In this document: in pieces, positions 37,202-49,990 of the stretch | How positions within the stretch are numbered: the first letter of the stretch is position 1 | Layout of the letters: each line of letters begins with the position of its first letter | Made by a program: the position numbers and the translations under genes | The notes under the pieces: model-generated | Told to the model about the DNA's origin: nothing | What the model saw: only the letters and a program-made list of their open reading frames with translations | The model's database searches: none | Source: Octopus sinensis | Lineage: Eukaryota | Direction of reading: 5' to 3' | NCBI RefSeq assembly: GCF_006345805.1 | Contig: NC_043018.1 | Span: 15,748,001 to 15,812,000 of the forward strand | Length of the DNA: 64,000 nt

Positions 37202-38522
37202 CTTTTTTTCTTGTTTTGTGTGTATGTGTGAAAAATCTAAACAAATACATCTGGGTTGGGCTCCCTATTTGCCATGACACCCAGAACAAGACATTGACAA
37301 ACTGTGTCAATATTTATTTCTACTTTCAGTTTGGAATTATAAACCGAATGAAGAATTCTTCAGTGAATCAGTGTTGGATTACACGATTTCAGTAGAAATG
37401 TGTGTGTACGTGTGGTAAATGGCAATGACACCTACCCACACACATATGTATGCGTGTATATATATATATATTACATACACATACATGTATATGAGTTATG
37501 TACATGATATATACGTATGTTTATACCTATGTGTGTAAAGTAAATAGAAAAATATTAGTCTATAAACAAAGAAATGTCGCCCTTTTTTTTTTAATTTACA
37601 TTCATTTTACTGTTATTTTCCTCTTAATTAGGCCACGATAGAGCTGAGCTTTTGATCAAAGTAAGGAGCATATTATTCAATACCCCCTTTTTTTTTAAAG
37701 CGGAGATTTGACAGCTATTTCCAGCAGGTCGCGTCACCACATAGGGACTCCCAGTAACTATATAGTCGCTGTTGTATATGTTTAGCCACAAGCCGTCCTA
37801 TATATTTAGATATTCCAGCCATGACCACCCAATTCTGTTTTTGTTCTATCCTACCCTACCCCACACCCACATATCAGCGCCTACATTATCTAATGTAATC
37901 TTTTTTTAAGGTGGTGGAGTGCGAGTTGTGGGAGATTTAGCAGCTGTTTCCAGCAGGCTGACAGCCACGTTGTGGTTCCCATGTCTTATCAAATAAAATA
38001 TGGTGAGTGCTTGTAAAGCGAAAGATGCAAGGTGTCGAATTGGTTTCGAATCCGTGTAGACAAAAAATATTTCCCTTCTCTCATATATTACAAATGCCAC
38101 AAGGAAAAGCAATCATTCATGTTTATATTTCATTGCTTTCCCCGATAAAAATAACAGAAAATTAATAGAAAATGTCAACATTTAGATTAGAACCTTTCGT
38201 TTTTTTTTGTGTTAGCAAGCTGGTTATAATTAAACTAGCGTAAGAATTGCAAAAAAAGATTTCGTTTGAAGATTTGATTAATAAAATAAAATTTCCATAC
38301 CTGATTAATTTTTTTTTCCCGGATAAAAAAAAATTTGTTTCTTTTGACAAAAATTCACTTTATAATTGTTTAATTTCTTCCTATCTCAGAACCAAGATTA
38401 AAACGCACCGTCACTCACATACAAACACACGCTCTGTCTTTCTTTGATTATCTGATTGTCTATATATACTTCTATATCGCTATAACCTTTATTTATGTAT
38501 GTCTATATATATATATATATCA

Positions 38523-38637
<115 letters not shown>

Positions 38638-38750
38638 ATTTATCTATCAATCAATCTATCTATCTATCTATATATATATATGGTTTTTCAGGTGTCTATT
38701 CTCTTATCTTCTTATCTTTCTGTTAGCCCCCTCGTCTATCTATCTGTCTG

Positions 38751-38833
<83 letters not shown>

Positions 38834-38848
38834 GTCTATCTATCTATC

Positions 38849-38890
<42 letters not shown>

Positions 38891-39204
38891 TATATATCTA
38901 TCTGTGTGTGTATTTGTGTACACCACTGTGTAGACGTCTATTGTATATCTCAGGTGTGATTTTTCACGGTATTATTGTATAATTGCAAAACAGTTGGTTT
39001 TTTTTACACGATATGCTGAACCGGTAACGTAAAACCCGTCAGAAAAACAAGACACTAGTATAATACATAGACACTCACAAATATCTATATATATACACCA
39101 CGTATATACAACGCATATATATATATATATCTTCTTATTGTATCGTCTTCTAAGAGTTATACGTTCTTGTCCATGTTGTATTTTTCTACATACCTTAATA
39201 TATA

Positions 39205-39251
<47 letters not shown>

Positions 39252-39599
39252 AAATCTATACAACAACCACCGGTAGATGTGGGTGACGAGTATCTTATCT
39301 CTCTAATTAACTATAATTATATACATATACCTGTATATATATTCTGTCAGTGGTTTCTTTGTTTCCAGCCTGAAACTTTAAACTTTTCTTGTGTTCTAAT
39401 GACGTTTCAGGAGTTTGGCAAAAATGGTCCGAAAATGAAACTAGTTGGAGTGTTTAATCGTCTGTTTTTTATCCAACGAAAAAAAAATTCCTGAGTCAGA
39501 GAATTTCTCTACAGTCTGTCTGTGTTCACAATCTCTTGGTGATGTGTCTACATTTCCCACTCTCTCACTCTCTTATATACATGCATACACGTATGTATG

Positions 39600-39641
<42 letters not shown>

Positions 39642-40139
39642 CAGAGAAACAGATAGACAAATAGATAGATATGTGTGTGTATAATTACGTGTGTTTATGG
39701 GAGAAAAGGTGGGGGGTGGGGGTTAGACGAAGTGTATACATTTCTCCCACCGCTTCTGAACCCTCTCTCTCTCTGCTGTTCACTTTCTCTTTCTCTCTTC
39801 ATGTCCGACTGCCTCTCTTTTATTATTCTTCTTCCCTCGGTACCCCCCCCCCCACCACCACCACCACCTCGCCACAAACTATATTTCTTAGTCATAACCG
39901 TTCTTAAACTTGTTATTGTTGTGGTTGTGGTTGTTGTTGTTGTTGTTAGTTCTTTTGCTGTTTTGGTAAAAAAAAATAATAATTTAAAAACAGATAAAAT
40001 AATAATTCCTATTCGCCAACTGCTACTATATTTTCCTTCGGCTTTTTACCATTCCACTATTTATAGTCTGCGAATGTACGTATCACTGCCTCTGGTGCTA
40101 CCACCACCACCATCACCATCACCACTGAAGAATCTCATG

Positions 40140-40625
40140 TTGTTTACTCGAAATAGCCACCAAATCTCCCTCAAAATCACTCTTTACCGTCTTTAAAAAA
40201 GCACTTGTTCAATAACACAGTCCTTAATTTTGTGTATATGAAAACAGACAGGATAGTCACAGTTGGAACGCCTCTGATTATACAACATTGCCGGATCGGA
40301 GCTCACAACAACAACAACAACAACCACTCCACTAAGGATGGTGTTTCCACGTACTTAACCGACTTGCTATAAGAAATAACAGCCAAATCTCCCTCAAAAT
40401 CACTCTTTACCGTCTTTAAAAAAGCACTTGTTCAATAACACAGTCCTTAATTTTGTGTATATGAAAACAGACAGGATAGTCACAGTTGGAGCGCCTCTGA
40501 TTATACAACATTGCCGGATCGGAGCTCACAACAACAACAACCACTCCACTATGGATAGAGTTTCCACGTACTTATCCGACTTTGCTATAAGAAATAACAG
40601 TCAAATCTCCCTCAAATCACCGCTT
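40140..40625. repeat. Tandem duplication of about 223 bp (2 copies plus a partial third)
   Basis: AAATCTCCCTCAAA recurs near 40162, 40385 and 40603. The unit includes a fragment of a dispersed repeat (AGAAATAGCAGCCAAATCTCCCTCAAATCAC) that recurs many times right of 32 kb. Confidence 0.9.
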
Positions 40626-40874
40626 TAACGTTTTAATACGAAGACATTGGATAACAGTATGTATGATCAGACTGAAAAATAGACGGGATGGTCGCGGATG
40701 GAACGTTTCCTCTATTCTTCTTGGTCCAGAGTTGCAAGATTGGGCTACAAATCGTGGATTGATCGATTTTTCGGGATCACAACTCTTTAGTCATTTAATT
40801 AATTAATTAATTTATTTGTTTATTAAATTTGAGCCACTTTCAACTTTAAACAGGAAAGCAGAACTCGAAGCACG

Positions 40875-41100
40875 AGTATTCTTTTATTTTATTTGTTTCA
40901 GTCATTTGACTGCGGCCATGCTGGAGCATCGCCTTTAGTCCAGTAAATCGACCCCAGGACATATTCTTTGTAAGCATAGTACTTATTCTATCGGTCTCTT
41001 TTTGCCGAACCGTTAAGTTACGGGGACGTAAACACACCAGCATCGGTTGTCAAGCGAAGTTGGGGAGCCAAACACAGACACACACACACACATACATACA
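40875..41100 (-). mobile_element. Family-A SINE 3' half, running into (ACAT)n to 41357
   Basis: Reverse-complement match to the family tail. Confidence 0.85.
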
Positions 41101-41356
41101 AACATACATACATACATACATACATACATACATACATACATACAAACATACATACATACATACATAAATAAATACATACATACATACATACACACACACA
41201 TACATACATACATACATACATACATACAAACATACATACAACATACATACACACACACACACATACATACATACATACATAAATACATACATACATACAA
41301 ACATACATACATACATACATACATACATACATACATACATACATACATACATACAT

Positions 41357-41841
41357 GTGCTACAGCAAATATTCTGCTCAATACCACAGATTTGCTTGTC
41401 AGTTGTTTGACCTTAACCAGTTGAGCATGTCCCTTAGTGGCTGACGATATGTGCATCTCTGATCACGAGCAGAAGTAGTGGGGAAGCATCATAGCCATGT
41501 GTTGAGAGGAATTTTTGGGGTTTTGGATAATTCACCTCTGGAAACATGGGTGGTTCGTTCAACATCCTTAAGCAACCCTTATTCAGGGACCTTTTGAGCG
41601 GGGTGGACGACTCGACCTGAAGAAAATTCTAACTGGGCCCCATCTGCAAGGTCATGCACGGTTTATCTCGATATGAGATCACCATGTCACGCACATTTGG
41701 TTGTGATGCATGTGCCTGGTGTACCCTTATCAGACGGGTAGTCATGATGGGTATACTGGGCTTCGTATATTTTACTCCAGTCTCACTTTGATGGCATGCC
41801 CTGCTCTCTCACTCAATAATAATAATAATAATTAATTCTTT

Positions 41842-41885
<44 letters not shown>
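41357..41885 (+). mobile_element. Probable non-LTR retroelement 3' end with (TAA)n tail
   Basis: A block of normal-complexity sequence ending CTGCTCTCTCACTCAATAATAATAAT. Recalled as a common octopus repeat; not verified. Confidence 0.5.
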
Positions 41886-41889
<4 letters not shown>

Positions 41890-43493
41890 TGGGACAGAAT
41901 TTTTAACCTTATCTCTCTTTTACGTAAATATCATCGGATTTGTTTTTAAAAGTTTCGAATAGTTTTGAAAAATAAGATCAGATATTTAAAACATTCAAAA
42001 CTAAGTAAAAACTGGAAAAAATGTTTGGAGTGACAGTTAATGCACCCCTGTTGCTTTTCAGAAATGTAAATCTCTGATTCTTAACACAGAAGATACAAAT
42101 GTTGGTATATTAGGTAATTTCCGACTCTAATCAACTGAAACATTACATGTAATCTTGTAGAATAGAGTCGGAAATGATCTAATTTGTGGAAGTTTGGAAG
42201 TTATTTTGGAATTGCTTGTTTTAAACATCGGATTTTGCAAATCGTTACCCAATGCACACACACACACACACACATTTCCAACTTTAGTTACAAATACAAT
42301 CAGCAACTGAAAGTTTCGTACCTCGATTTTTTTATTATTACGAAATTTACTTCGATCCGGACCCCTTATATCTGATCGATTAAGGCTGGGCTAGATAGAA
42401 AACAAAAGTGTGAACAACCACAACAGCTGGCACCGTTACTACCACCAACACAACCACCACGATCACCACCACCACCAACAACAGTATTCTTATCTACTAT
42501 AAGTACAAGGCCTGGATTTTGAGGGAGGGTTAGGGTAAGGATTTAATAAGTACCAGTTACGCACTGGGGTCGATGTAATCAACTTAATCCGTTTCTTTGT
42601 CCCCTCTGTGTGTCGCCTCTTGTGGGCAGCAAATAAATGGCTATTTCACCTGTATGAAGAAACAAAGGCGATGGAGCACACTTGTGTAGGTATGCTGTCT
42701 TTGGTCAGAAGTCTTCTCATTACGGCTGACCTGGGGCTAAACAATAACAAGTTTACTCTGCGCCACCTCCACTACCACCATCACCACCTCCACCATCACC
42801 ATCACCATCACTACTATTTCACTAAACAATTCAACCTGCTAGAAATAGTAGTCAAATCTCATTCAAATCATATCCTACCGTCTTTGAAAATAAAGGATAC
42901 GTTAAATAATGTAAGTTGTTAAAAAGACTGGATGGTCATGACCGGAACTTATTTGATCCTGAATCACTCGGGTCTTACTTGAGGTTAAACAACTCCATAC
43001 ATGGTCGCTCGAAATGTCAGAAATAGCAGTCAAATGTTTTTAAAATTACACAGGGTATCATCTTGTGGGGGGGAAAAAAACAAAGACACATCAGATAGTG
43101 TAGTTCTAGACCTACTTCTAAAAAGCCAGGATGGTCACAGATGGATTGTCTTTGATCGGAGACATGCTCTGTTGGAGCTGGTCATAGGCTCGAAATACCA
43201 CCACTTGCCATGTTAAGTGATTTTATCCAAACCGGTGCATCTGCGGAATGGTTCCTTCTGATCCTTAATTTCAGCATAGTAAACGTTATTGTTATTGATG
43301 ATGATGATGATGGTGGTGGTGATAATGATGATGATGATGGTGGTGGTGGTGGTGATGGTGGTGGTGGTGGTGGTGGTGGTGGCAGCGATAGTATTGATGA
43401 TGATGATGTCGGCAGCGGCGGCGGCGGCGTCTTTGCAACTCTACTTCTTATATTCTTCACTTAAACAATCCTCTCTTGTCTTTTATTTATTTA

Positions 43494-44381
43494 CTAGCAG
43501 CGTCGCCTGGCGTTGCTCGGATTTGTAAGGGAAATAACTATATAAGCATTTTTGGAGAGTTATAGCCAAAACATAGCAAAAAAATGCATTAAAAATGGGG
43601 AAAAAATTATGGTAATTTTTTTTTTTAAATCGTTGACTCATCGTAGACATAATTAGAGAGTTACTTCCCTTATATAATAGCGAAAAAATGCATTAAAATG
43701 GAAAAAATGATGGTAAATTTTTTTTTAAATCGTAGACTCATTGTAGACATGCGCTAATACCCAGAAGGGGTCGATATGAATCACGACTATAAGATACCCG
43801 GTTTTGGTTAAACTGCACCGCAAAATGTGGGAGTAGTTAGGAATCTAAATCGTAGGAGACAGACACACAACTTCTCTTTTATATATAAAGACTAGCAGTA
43901 TCGCCCGGCGTTGCTCGGGTTTGTAAGGGAAATAACTATATAAGCATTTTTAGAGAGTTACTTCCCTTATAGATGCCAATTCGGGCTTTCTTAGCCATTT
44001 CTGTTTTGGTGTCTTCAAGCCATGAAGTCGTTGTTCTAAAAGAACGCTCGTCTCCTTGACAACGCTTTACGACGTTGATTTCCTTACACTCCCTTCCCCA
44101 CAGCTTCACGAGGGAGGGAAGAAGGGGGAGAAGCAACACAGGTGCAGGTGTAACCATGGACGCCAACTCCGCCGCCATCGACACACGAAAAAAATTATGG
44201 TAAATTTTTTTTTAAATCGTAGACTCATCGTAGACGTGCGCTAATAGCCAGAAGGGCTCGATATGAATGACGACTATAAGATACCCGGTTTTGGTTAAAC
44301 TGCACCGCAAAATGTGGGAGTAGTTAGGAATCTAAATCGTAGGAGACAGACAGCACACAATTTCACTTTTATATATAAAGA
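43494..44381 (-). mobile_element. Head-to-tail dimer of non-autonomous Helitrons (44381-43892 and 43891-43494)
   Basis: Each unit starts TC(TTTATATATAAAA) and ends with the GC-rich CCGAGCAACGCC(G/A)GG subterminal hairpin plus CTAG. The outer flanks are A|...|T and the internal junction is CTAG|TC. Confidence 0.88.
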
Positions 44382-44690
44382 TTTCCTCTCTGTCTTTATT
44401 CTTGCTCTTTTACCATTTTCTTCGGTTCCTTCCCAACGCTTCCAATTTCATTCAGCCTCTAATTGATTTCTTTCGTCGTTGTCTTTCTACGCTCTTTCAA
44501 TTTTTTTTTTTTTTTTCCTTTTCGTTCTTCAAATTTCTGCTGATTCTTCAGTTTTCTTCTTTTCATTCTTTCTGAAAATATCTTTCAACATAGAATCCAT
44601 TATTTATTTATTTATTTATTCGTTTTTGCATAGATTATTCATTCGCTTTAGCATAGTTTTTAAAATTCACATCGTTTATAAAATTTTACC

Positions 44691-44724
<34 letters not shown>

Positions 44725-44772
44725 TGTCAGATTCAGAAATTGCAAAAATAATCAAAAAAGTATTAAAACTTT

Positions 44773-44818
<46 letters not shown>

Positions 44819-44873
44819 ATATTCATGTCAGATTCAGAAATTGCAAAAATAATCAAAAAAGTATTAAAACTTT

Positions 44874-44963
<90 letters not shown>

Positions 44964-45087
44964 TAATAATAATAACAACAACAACAATAATAGTAATAGT
45001 AATAATAATTATAATAGGGAATATTATTCCAAACTTACAGGGAAAATTCAATTTAGAAATACTAAATCAAATTTCATAAAATATAAT

Positions 45088-45385
45088 ATATATATAAATG
45101 AGAAAAAATCCACCTTTTATCAATTCGAAATGAAAAATTAAATGACACCATCTAGAAAAATCACATATAATAGAAATATTCAATATAAAATAACAATAAT
45201 ATACCGATGATTAAGTAACGTGCAACACGTTTTATTTATTATTTTGCACATTACTTAATTAACGGTATATTGTTTTTTTATCTTATATTTAATATTTTTA
45301 TTATATGTAATTTTCTAGATGGTATAATTTAATTTTTCATTTCGAATTGATGAAAGGTGGTTGTTTTCTAATTTATATATATATA
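45088..45385. mobile_element. AT-rich MITE with about 90-bp TIRs in a TA-rich site
   Basis: TATATAAATGAGAAAAAATCCACCTTTTATCAATTCGAAATG...CCATCTAGAAA mirrors 45300-45385. One end of the same family lies at about 9220-9305. Confidence 0.8.
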
Positions 45386-45634
45386 AATAACTTTAATCAG
45401 AACAGATTAAGATTAGGTAATTTGCGGATGTAGTCCTTCCGTGTATCTCAATATCTTGTTCATGACTGGAGCCAATAGTTATATATTTTGTTTTCTTTGT
45501 GTTTATATTTTCTTCTTTAACAGTGAAACAGTATCTTAGATTTTCACAAACGAAATAAAATAAATAAATAAATTGAAATTGCGTAGTTTTTTTTGTTTTT
45601 TTTAAATTCGAGGTTTTTTTTTTTTTTTTTTTGT

Positions 45635-45832
45635 ACTAGTTTCAGTCATTTCACCGCCTTTAGAGTGGTGAAAGAGTACAGCAGGGATCACCACATCCCG
45701 CCGGAGCCTCGTGGAGCTTTTAGGTGTTTTTTTTCGCTCAATAAACACACACAACGCCCGGTCTGGGAATCGAAACCGCGATCCTCCGACCGCAAGTCCG
45801 CTGCCCTAACCACTAGGCCATTGCGCCTCCAC
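45635..45832 (-). mobile_element. SINE fragment with a well-preserved tRNA-like head
   Basis: Minus strand: GGAGGCGCAATGGCCTAGTGGTTAGGGCAGCGGACTTGCGGTCGGAGGATCGCGGTTTCGATTCCCAGACCGGGC. A and B boxes are present, but the anticodon stem is broken and it continues into repeat body. A degraded relative lies at about 30340-30410. Confidence 0.8.
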
Positions 45833-45979
45833 AAGATTTTAGCAAAGTATATTTATATACATAAGGTCTTTGACAAAGTTGATTATGTGATGATATGTCA
45901 CGAACTGCGTGATCTTGTATCACCAAAGAAACTGGGAGAGTGGCTGCAGGGTTTTCTAAAAGCCAGAAGTCAGACAGTC

Positions 45980-46772
45980 GAGGTGGCGAGAGCTGGCAGA
46001 AACGTTGGCACGCCGGGCGAAATGCTTAGCAGTCGTGGCCAATGATGTTCTCTCTCTCTCTCTCTCTCTCAACATAGAGGGGACAAACAAGGACGGACAA
46101 GGGGATTAAGTCGATTATATCGACCCCAGTGCGTAACTGTTACTAATTTAATCGACCCCGAAAGGGTGAAAGGCAAAGTCGACCTCGACGGAATTTGAAC
46201 TCAGAACGTAGCAGCAGACGAAATACCTATTTCTTTACTACCCACCAAGAGGCTAAACACAGAGAGGACAAACAAGGGCAGACAGACGGATTAAGTCAAT
46301 TATATCGACCCAGTGCGTAACTGGTACTTATTTAATCGACTCCGAAAGGATGAAAGGCAAAGTCGACCTCGGCGGAATTTGAACTCAGAACGTAACGGCA
46401 GGCGACATACGGCTACGCATTTCGGCCGGCGTGCTAACGTCTCTGCCAGATCGCCGCCTTATGTTTTAGCCTCTGGCTAAGTAACTCGTCTGTTTCACCG
46501 AGATCAGTCTTGTGTGGTGGCCCTGAATTGCTTCAAGTTCCGCCACCAATTTGACGCTCTGCGGTGACTACAGTATGTATAGCAGAATCGTTAGCGCGCC
46601 GGGCGAAATGCGTAGCCGTAATTCCGCCGAGGTCGACTTTGCCTTTCATCCTTTCGGGGTCGATAAATTAAGTACCAGTTACGCACTGGGGTCGATGTAA
46701 TCGACTTAATCCGTTTGTCTGTCCTTGTTTGTCCCCTCTGTGTTTAGCCCCTTGTGGGTAATAAAGAAATAT
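45980..46772. mobile_element. Cluster of family-B SINEs in mixed orientation
   Basis: A plus-strand head at about 46000, two minus-strand copies at about 46065-46460 and a plus-strand copy at about 46580-46772. Confidence 0.85.
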
Positions 46773-47134
46773 ATACATGTGTGTGTGAGTGACTGAGTGA
46801 GTGTGTGTGTGTGTATGTGTGTACCCCCACGCGCACACTCAACTCTATTGCAGCTGTAAATCTCCGAATCTTTTATCAGAAACAGTTTCTGATTTAAAAA
46901 GAAAAAAAAAATTGATAAGAAATTTTTTTTATGATTGATAATTTCTTTTATTTATTTATTTATTACAGATTTCGTATCTGAGTGTTTAGGAAGATTCGAA
47001 GCCCGTTAAGAAATGCATAACAGCTGTAAATCCTTTAATCCTAATTACAAAAAATACAAAGTTTTGGTTCGTTATTTCTTTTCTTTTCTTTTCTCTTTTT
47101 TTCTGTAAATTTTGAATTTTGTTTAAAAGAAAAT

Positions 47135-47547
47135 AGGCGCAGGAGTGGCTGTGGAGTAAGTAGCTTGCTAACCAACCACATGGTTCCGGGTTCAGTCCCA
47201 CTGCGTGGCATCTTGGACAAGTGTCTTCTGCTATAGCCCCAGGCCGACCAATGCCTTGTGAGTGGATTTGGTAGACGGAAACTGAAAGAAGCCTGTCGTA
47301 TATATGTATATATATATATATATGTGTGTGTATGTGTTTGTGTGTCTGTGTTTGTCCCCCTAGCATTGCTTGACAACCGATGCTGGTGTGTTTACGTCCC
47401 CGTCACTTAGCGGTTCGGTAAAAGAGACCGATAGAATAAGTACTGGGCTTACAAAGAATAAGTCCCGGGGACGATTTGCTCGACTAAAGGCGGTGCTCCA
47501 GCATGGCCGCAGTCAAATGACTGAAACAAGTAAAAGAGTAAAGAGTA
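47135..47547 (+). mobile_element. Family-A SINE, full length
   Basis: Head-to-tail match. Confidence 0.92.
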
Positions 47548-48800
47548 TCCGAAAACTAATTAAAAAAAAAATTTTATGAAAAAACGGTAAGCGAATAAAT
47601 GCCAAAATTTTTCTTGCATTTAAGTTTTTTCCGCTTCTCCTTCAAATTTTTTCTTTATTCTTTATTTTCCTTTAATCTTCCGAAAGTCTGGTTTTGTTCA
47701 ATAATTACTAAATATCTCGTTTTATCAGCTCTGTTAATTATGGCTAGAGACGTTCTTAGTTCTTTATTTGGCGTAGGAGCAAGTTGTTTCAAAGCCAAGT
47801 CTAAGGTGCCAAAGCAACAACAAACCGTTTCCAATTTTCCATTCCAATCCTTCCAGTTGGGAATAAGATATTAGCAATTGCTATATTTTTCTTTCAGGAT
47901 AATCTTTGACTTGAAAACAGCGTAATTAAAAATGAAACCTGAAAATATTAGGTAAGGTTCAAAAATAGCTTGGCTTTCCTGAATTACCGAAGCGATGAAG
48001 TAAATTCTTCGAAAATTGTTCGTTATTATAGATAAGGATTATTATTAAAGTATTAGTTTTCATTTTACAACATCATTAAAATATGGTGTTGTAGCGGTGA
48101 TTCAAACCTCATCCATTAGATAACCGGTCAGACACCCTGGGCGAACCGCCGCAGTTTCACGTGATCGGTCTATAAAACAGCCAATCAGTCTGAAGCTGTG
48201 GCGTGATGTTGTTTTCTAGAATGTTCTTGTATCATACCAAAGACCATTTTGGCACCTTTTAGTCGCAGAATGTTGAAGGCGGCTGAGCGACATTCGTCTC
48301 CAGTCTTGTCACGCTGACGGTTCAAGACATTTGCTCAGACATCTCCGGGTTCTCAGACAGACCTATTCTGAACATTCACACAATGTCTCATAAGAAACTT
48401 TTACTGACACGGCGCAGTTTTTGTCTCTCTTCCACTCAGTAAGTATTAATCTTATTGATTGTAAATAGCCACTAATAAATATCTTTATATCCAGCCATAA
48501 ACATTTCAGTTAAATGTTCGTGGCTTTTGCTTCAGTTGTTATTCACATAGCCAAATAAATATGCTTTCATTTTATCAACACCAAGCAACCAATAGCTATA
48601 GTATTAAATTATGAAGCTGATAACATTGAAAATATGACTTTAATTACAAGCAAGAAAAGTAAACAAAATCCGAGTATTTATTTGAAAGCTTTCAGAAAAA
48701 ACAATAAAGTAGGCGAATTTGCTGAATCCACGTAATCAACGCCCTCCACTACAAAACAGAAAAGAGCATATACACACCACTTGCTAGATTCTTCGACCAA

Positions 48801-49105
48801 TCATTATATATAAATTGAAGTTGTGTGTGTGAGACTCTGTCTCCTCCGATTTAGATTCCTAACTACTCCCACATTTTGCGGTGCAGTTCAACCAAAAGCG
48901 GGTATCTTATAGTCGTGATTCATATCGAGCCCTTCTGGGTATTAGCGCGCGTCTACGATGAGTCTACGATTAAAAAAAAACTTACCATCATTTTTCCGCA
49001 TTTTTAATGATTTTTGCTCGGGTTATATAAGGGAAGTAACTCTGTAAAAATGCTTATATAGTTATTTCCCTTACAAATCCGAGCAACGCCGGGCGATACT
49101 GCTAG
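48801..49105 (+). mobile_element. Non-autonomous Helitron, same family as 43494-44381
   Basis: A|TCATTATATATAAA...CCGAGCAACGCCGGGCGATACTGCTAG|T: 5' TC, 3' hairpin plus CTAG, AT target, no TSD. Confidence 0.9.
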
Positions 49106-49559
49106 TTTACGAATAAATCATCACTTTACATAAGTGACTTGTAAGACTTATTCAAATCAGTTGATTACTGTCTTAACTCTAGCCCTGGGTCCACAAAAGA
49201 CTGGAGTGGATTTGGTAGCCGGAAACTGAAAGAAGTCCTTCGTGTGTCCTTCTGATCAATAAGTATCCGGACTGTTGCCATAGTAACGAAGCTAAAGCAC
49301 GCAGAGGCACAAGTTGACCTTGACCTCTGCTGTGCATGCGCACTAAGTTTTAACGTTCTAGCTCACTCCCGCTGTTTACCGCAGTGCTTGGAATGAACGG
49401 TGTGTTTACGTCCCCGTAACTTAGCGGTTCGGCAAAAGAGACCAATAGAATAAGTACTAGGTTTCCAAAGAATAAGTCCTGAGGTCGATTTGCTCGACTA
49501 AAGGCGTTGCTCCAGCATGGCCGCAGTCAAATGACTGAAACAAGTAAAAGAGAAATAAA

Positions 49560-49990
49560 AGAGAATTCCCCAGGTAAGTTTTTCCATATCTTCTCGCCCT
49601 TTCTAAGAAAAATAGGATATTTCATTTGTCTTTTGACAATAGTTAGTTTTATTTTATTAAAAGCTTCTCTTTGCATTCTATTAAGAGTTGTTATTCTCTG
49701 TTCAAATTCATTTAATTCGCTGTTATTATCGTTCAATGCTCCGTTATTTTCTGAATAACCTGCATTTAGAAGTTCTCTGCCAATTCTTATAATACCACGA
49801 AAATGCAACGTTATCTCAGTTTCTAGTTATGTTGATTTCTGCGAAGTTGTTTAAAAGGCGATATTTCAAATTGCTACGAAGTTTTGTCAAATGGTTGAAT
49901 ACATGGAAGAATACAAAAAATATGTCTTACAGTTTTGACGTCTCTACTGGCGCGCTTCCCCGAAGCATCTCTGCCTCTCATTATCATTCG
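49560..49990 (-). pseudogene. Helitron RepHel relic (linker and start of the PIF1-like helicase)
   Basis: Broken frames give DNERQRCFGEA (cf. DDxEWxxCLxEA), VRHIFCILPCIQP (cf. LRxLFxxILxxCxP) and LNRMQREAFNKI (cf. LNxEQRxAFDxI). After a shift they give FLERARRYGKTYLGNSL (cf. Walker A FLDGPGGTGKTYLYNxL). Confidence 0.75.

Noticed and set aside
44720-44880. Exact duplicate of a 57-bp unique segment between (TA)n tracts
   Set aside because: Most simply slippage or an assembly stutter between microsatellites; no functional signal.
45755-45832. Possible tRNA gene
   Set aside because: A and B boxes are present, but the anticodon and acceptor stems do not pair and the sequence runs into repeat body, so it is a SINE head.
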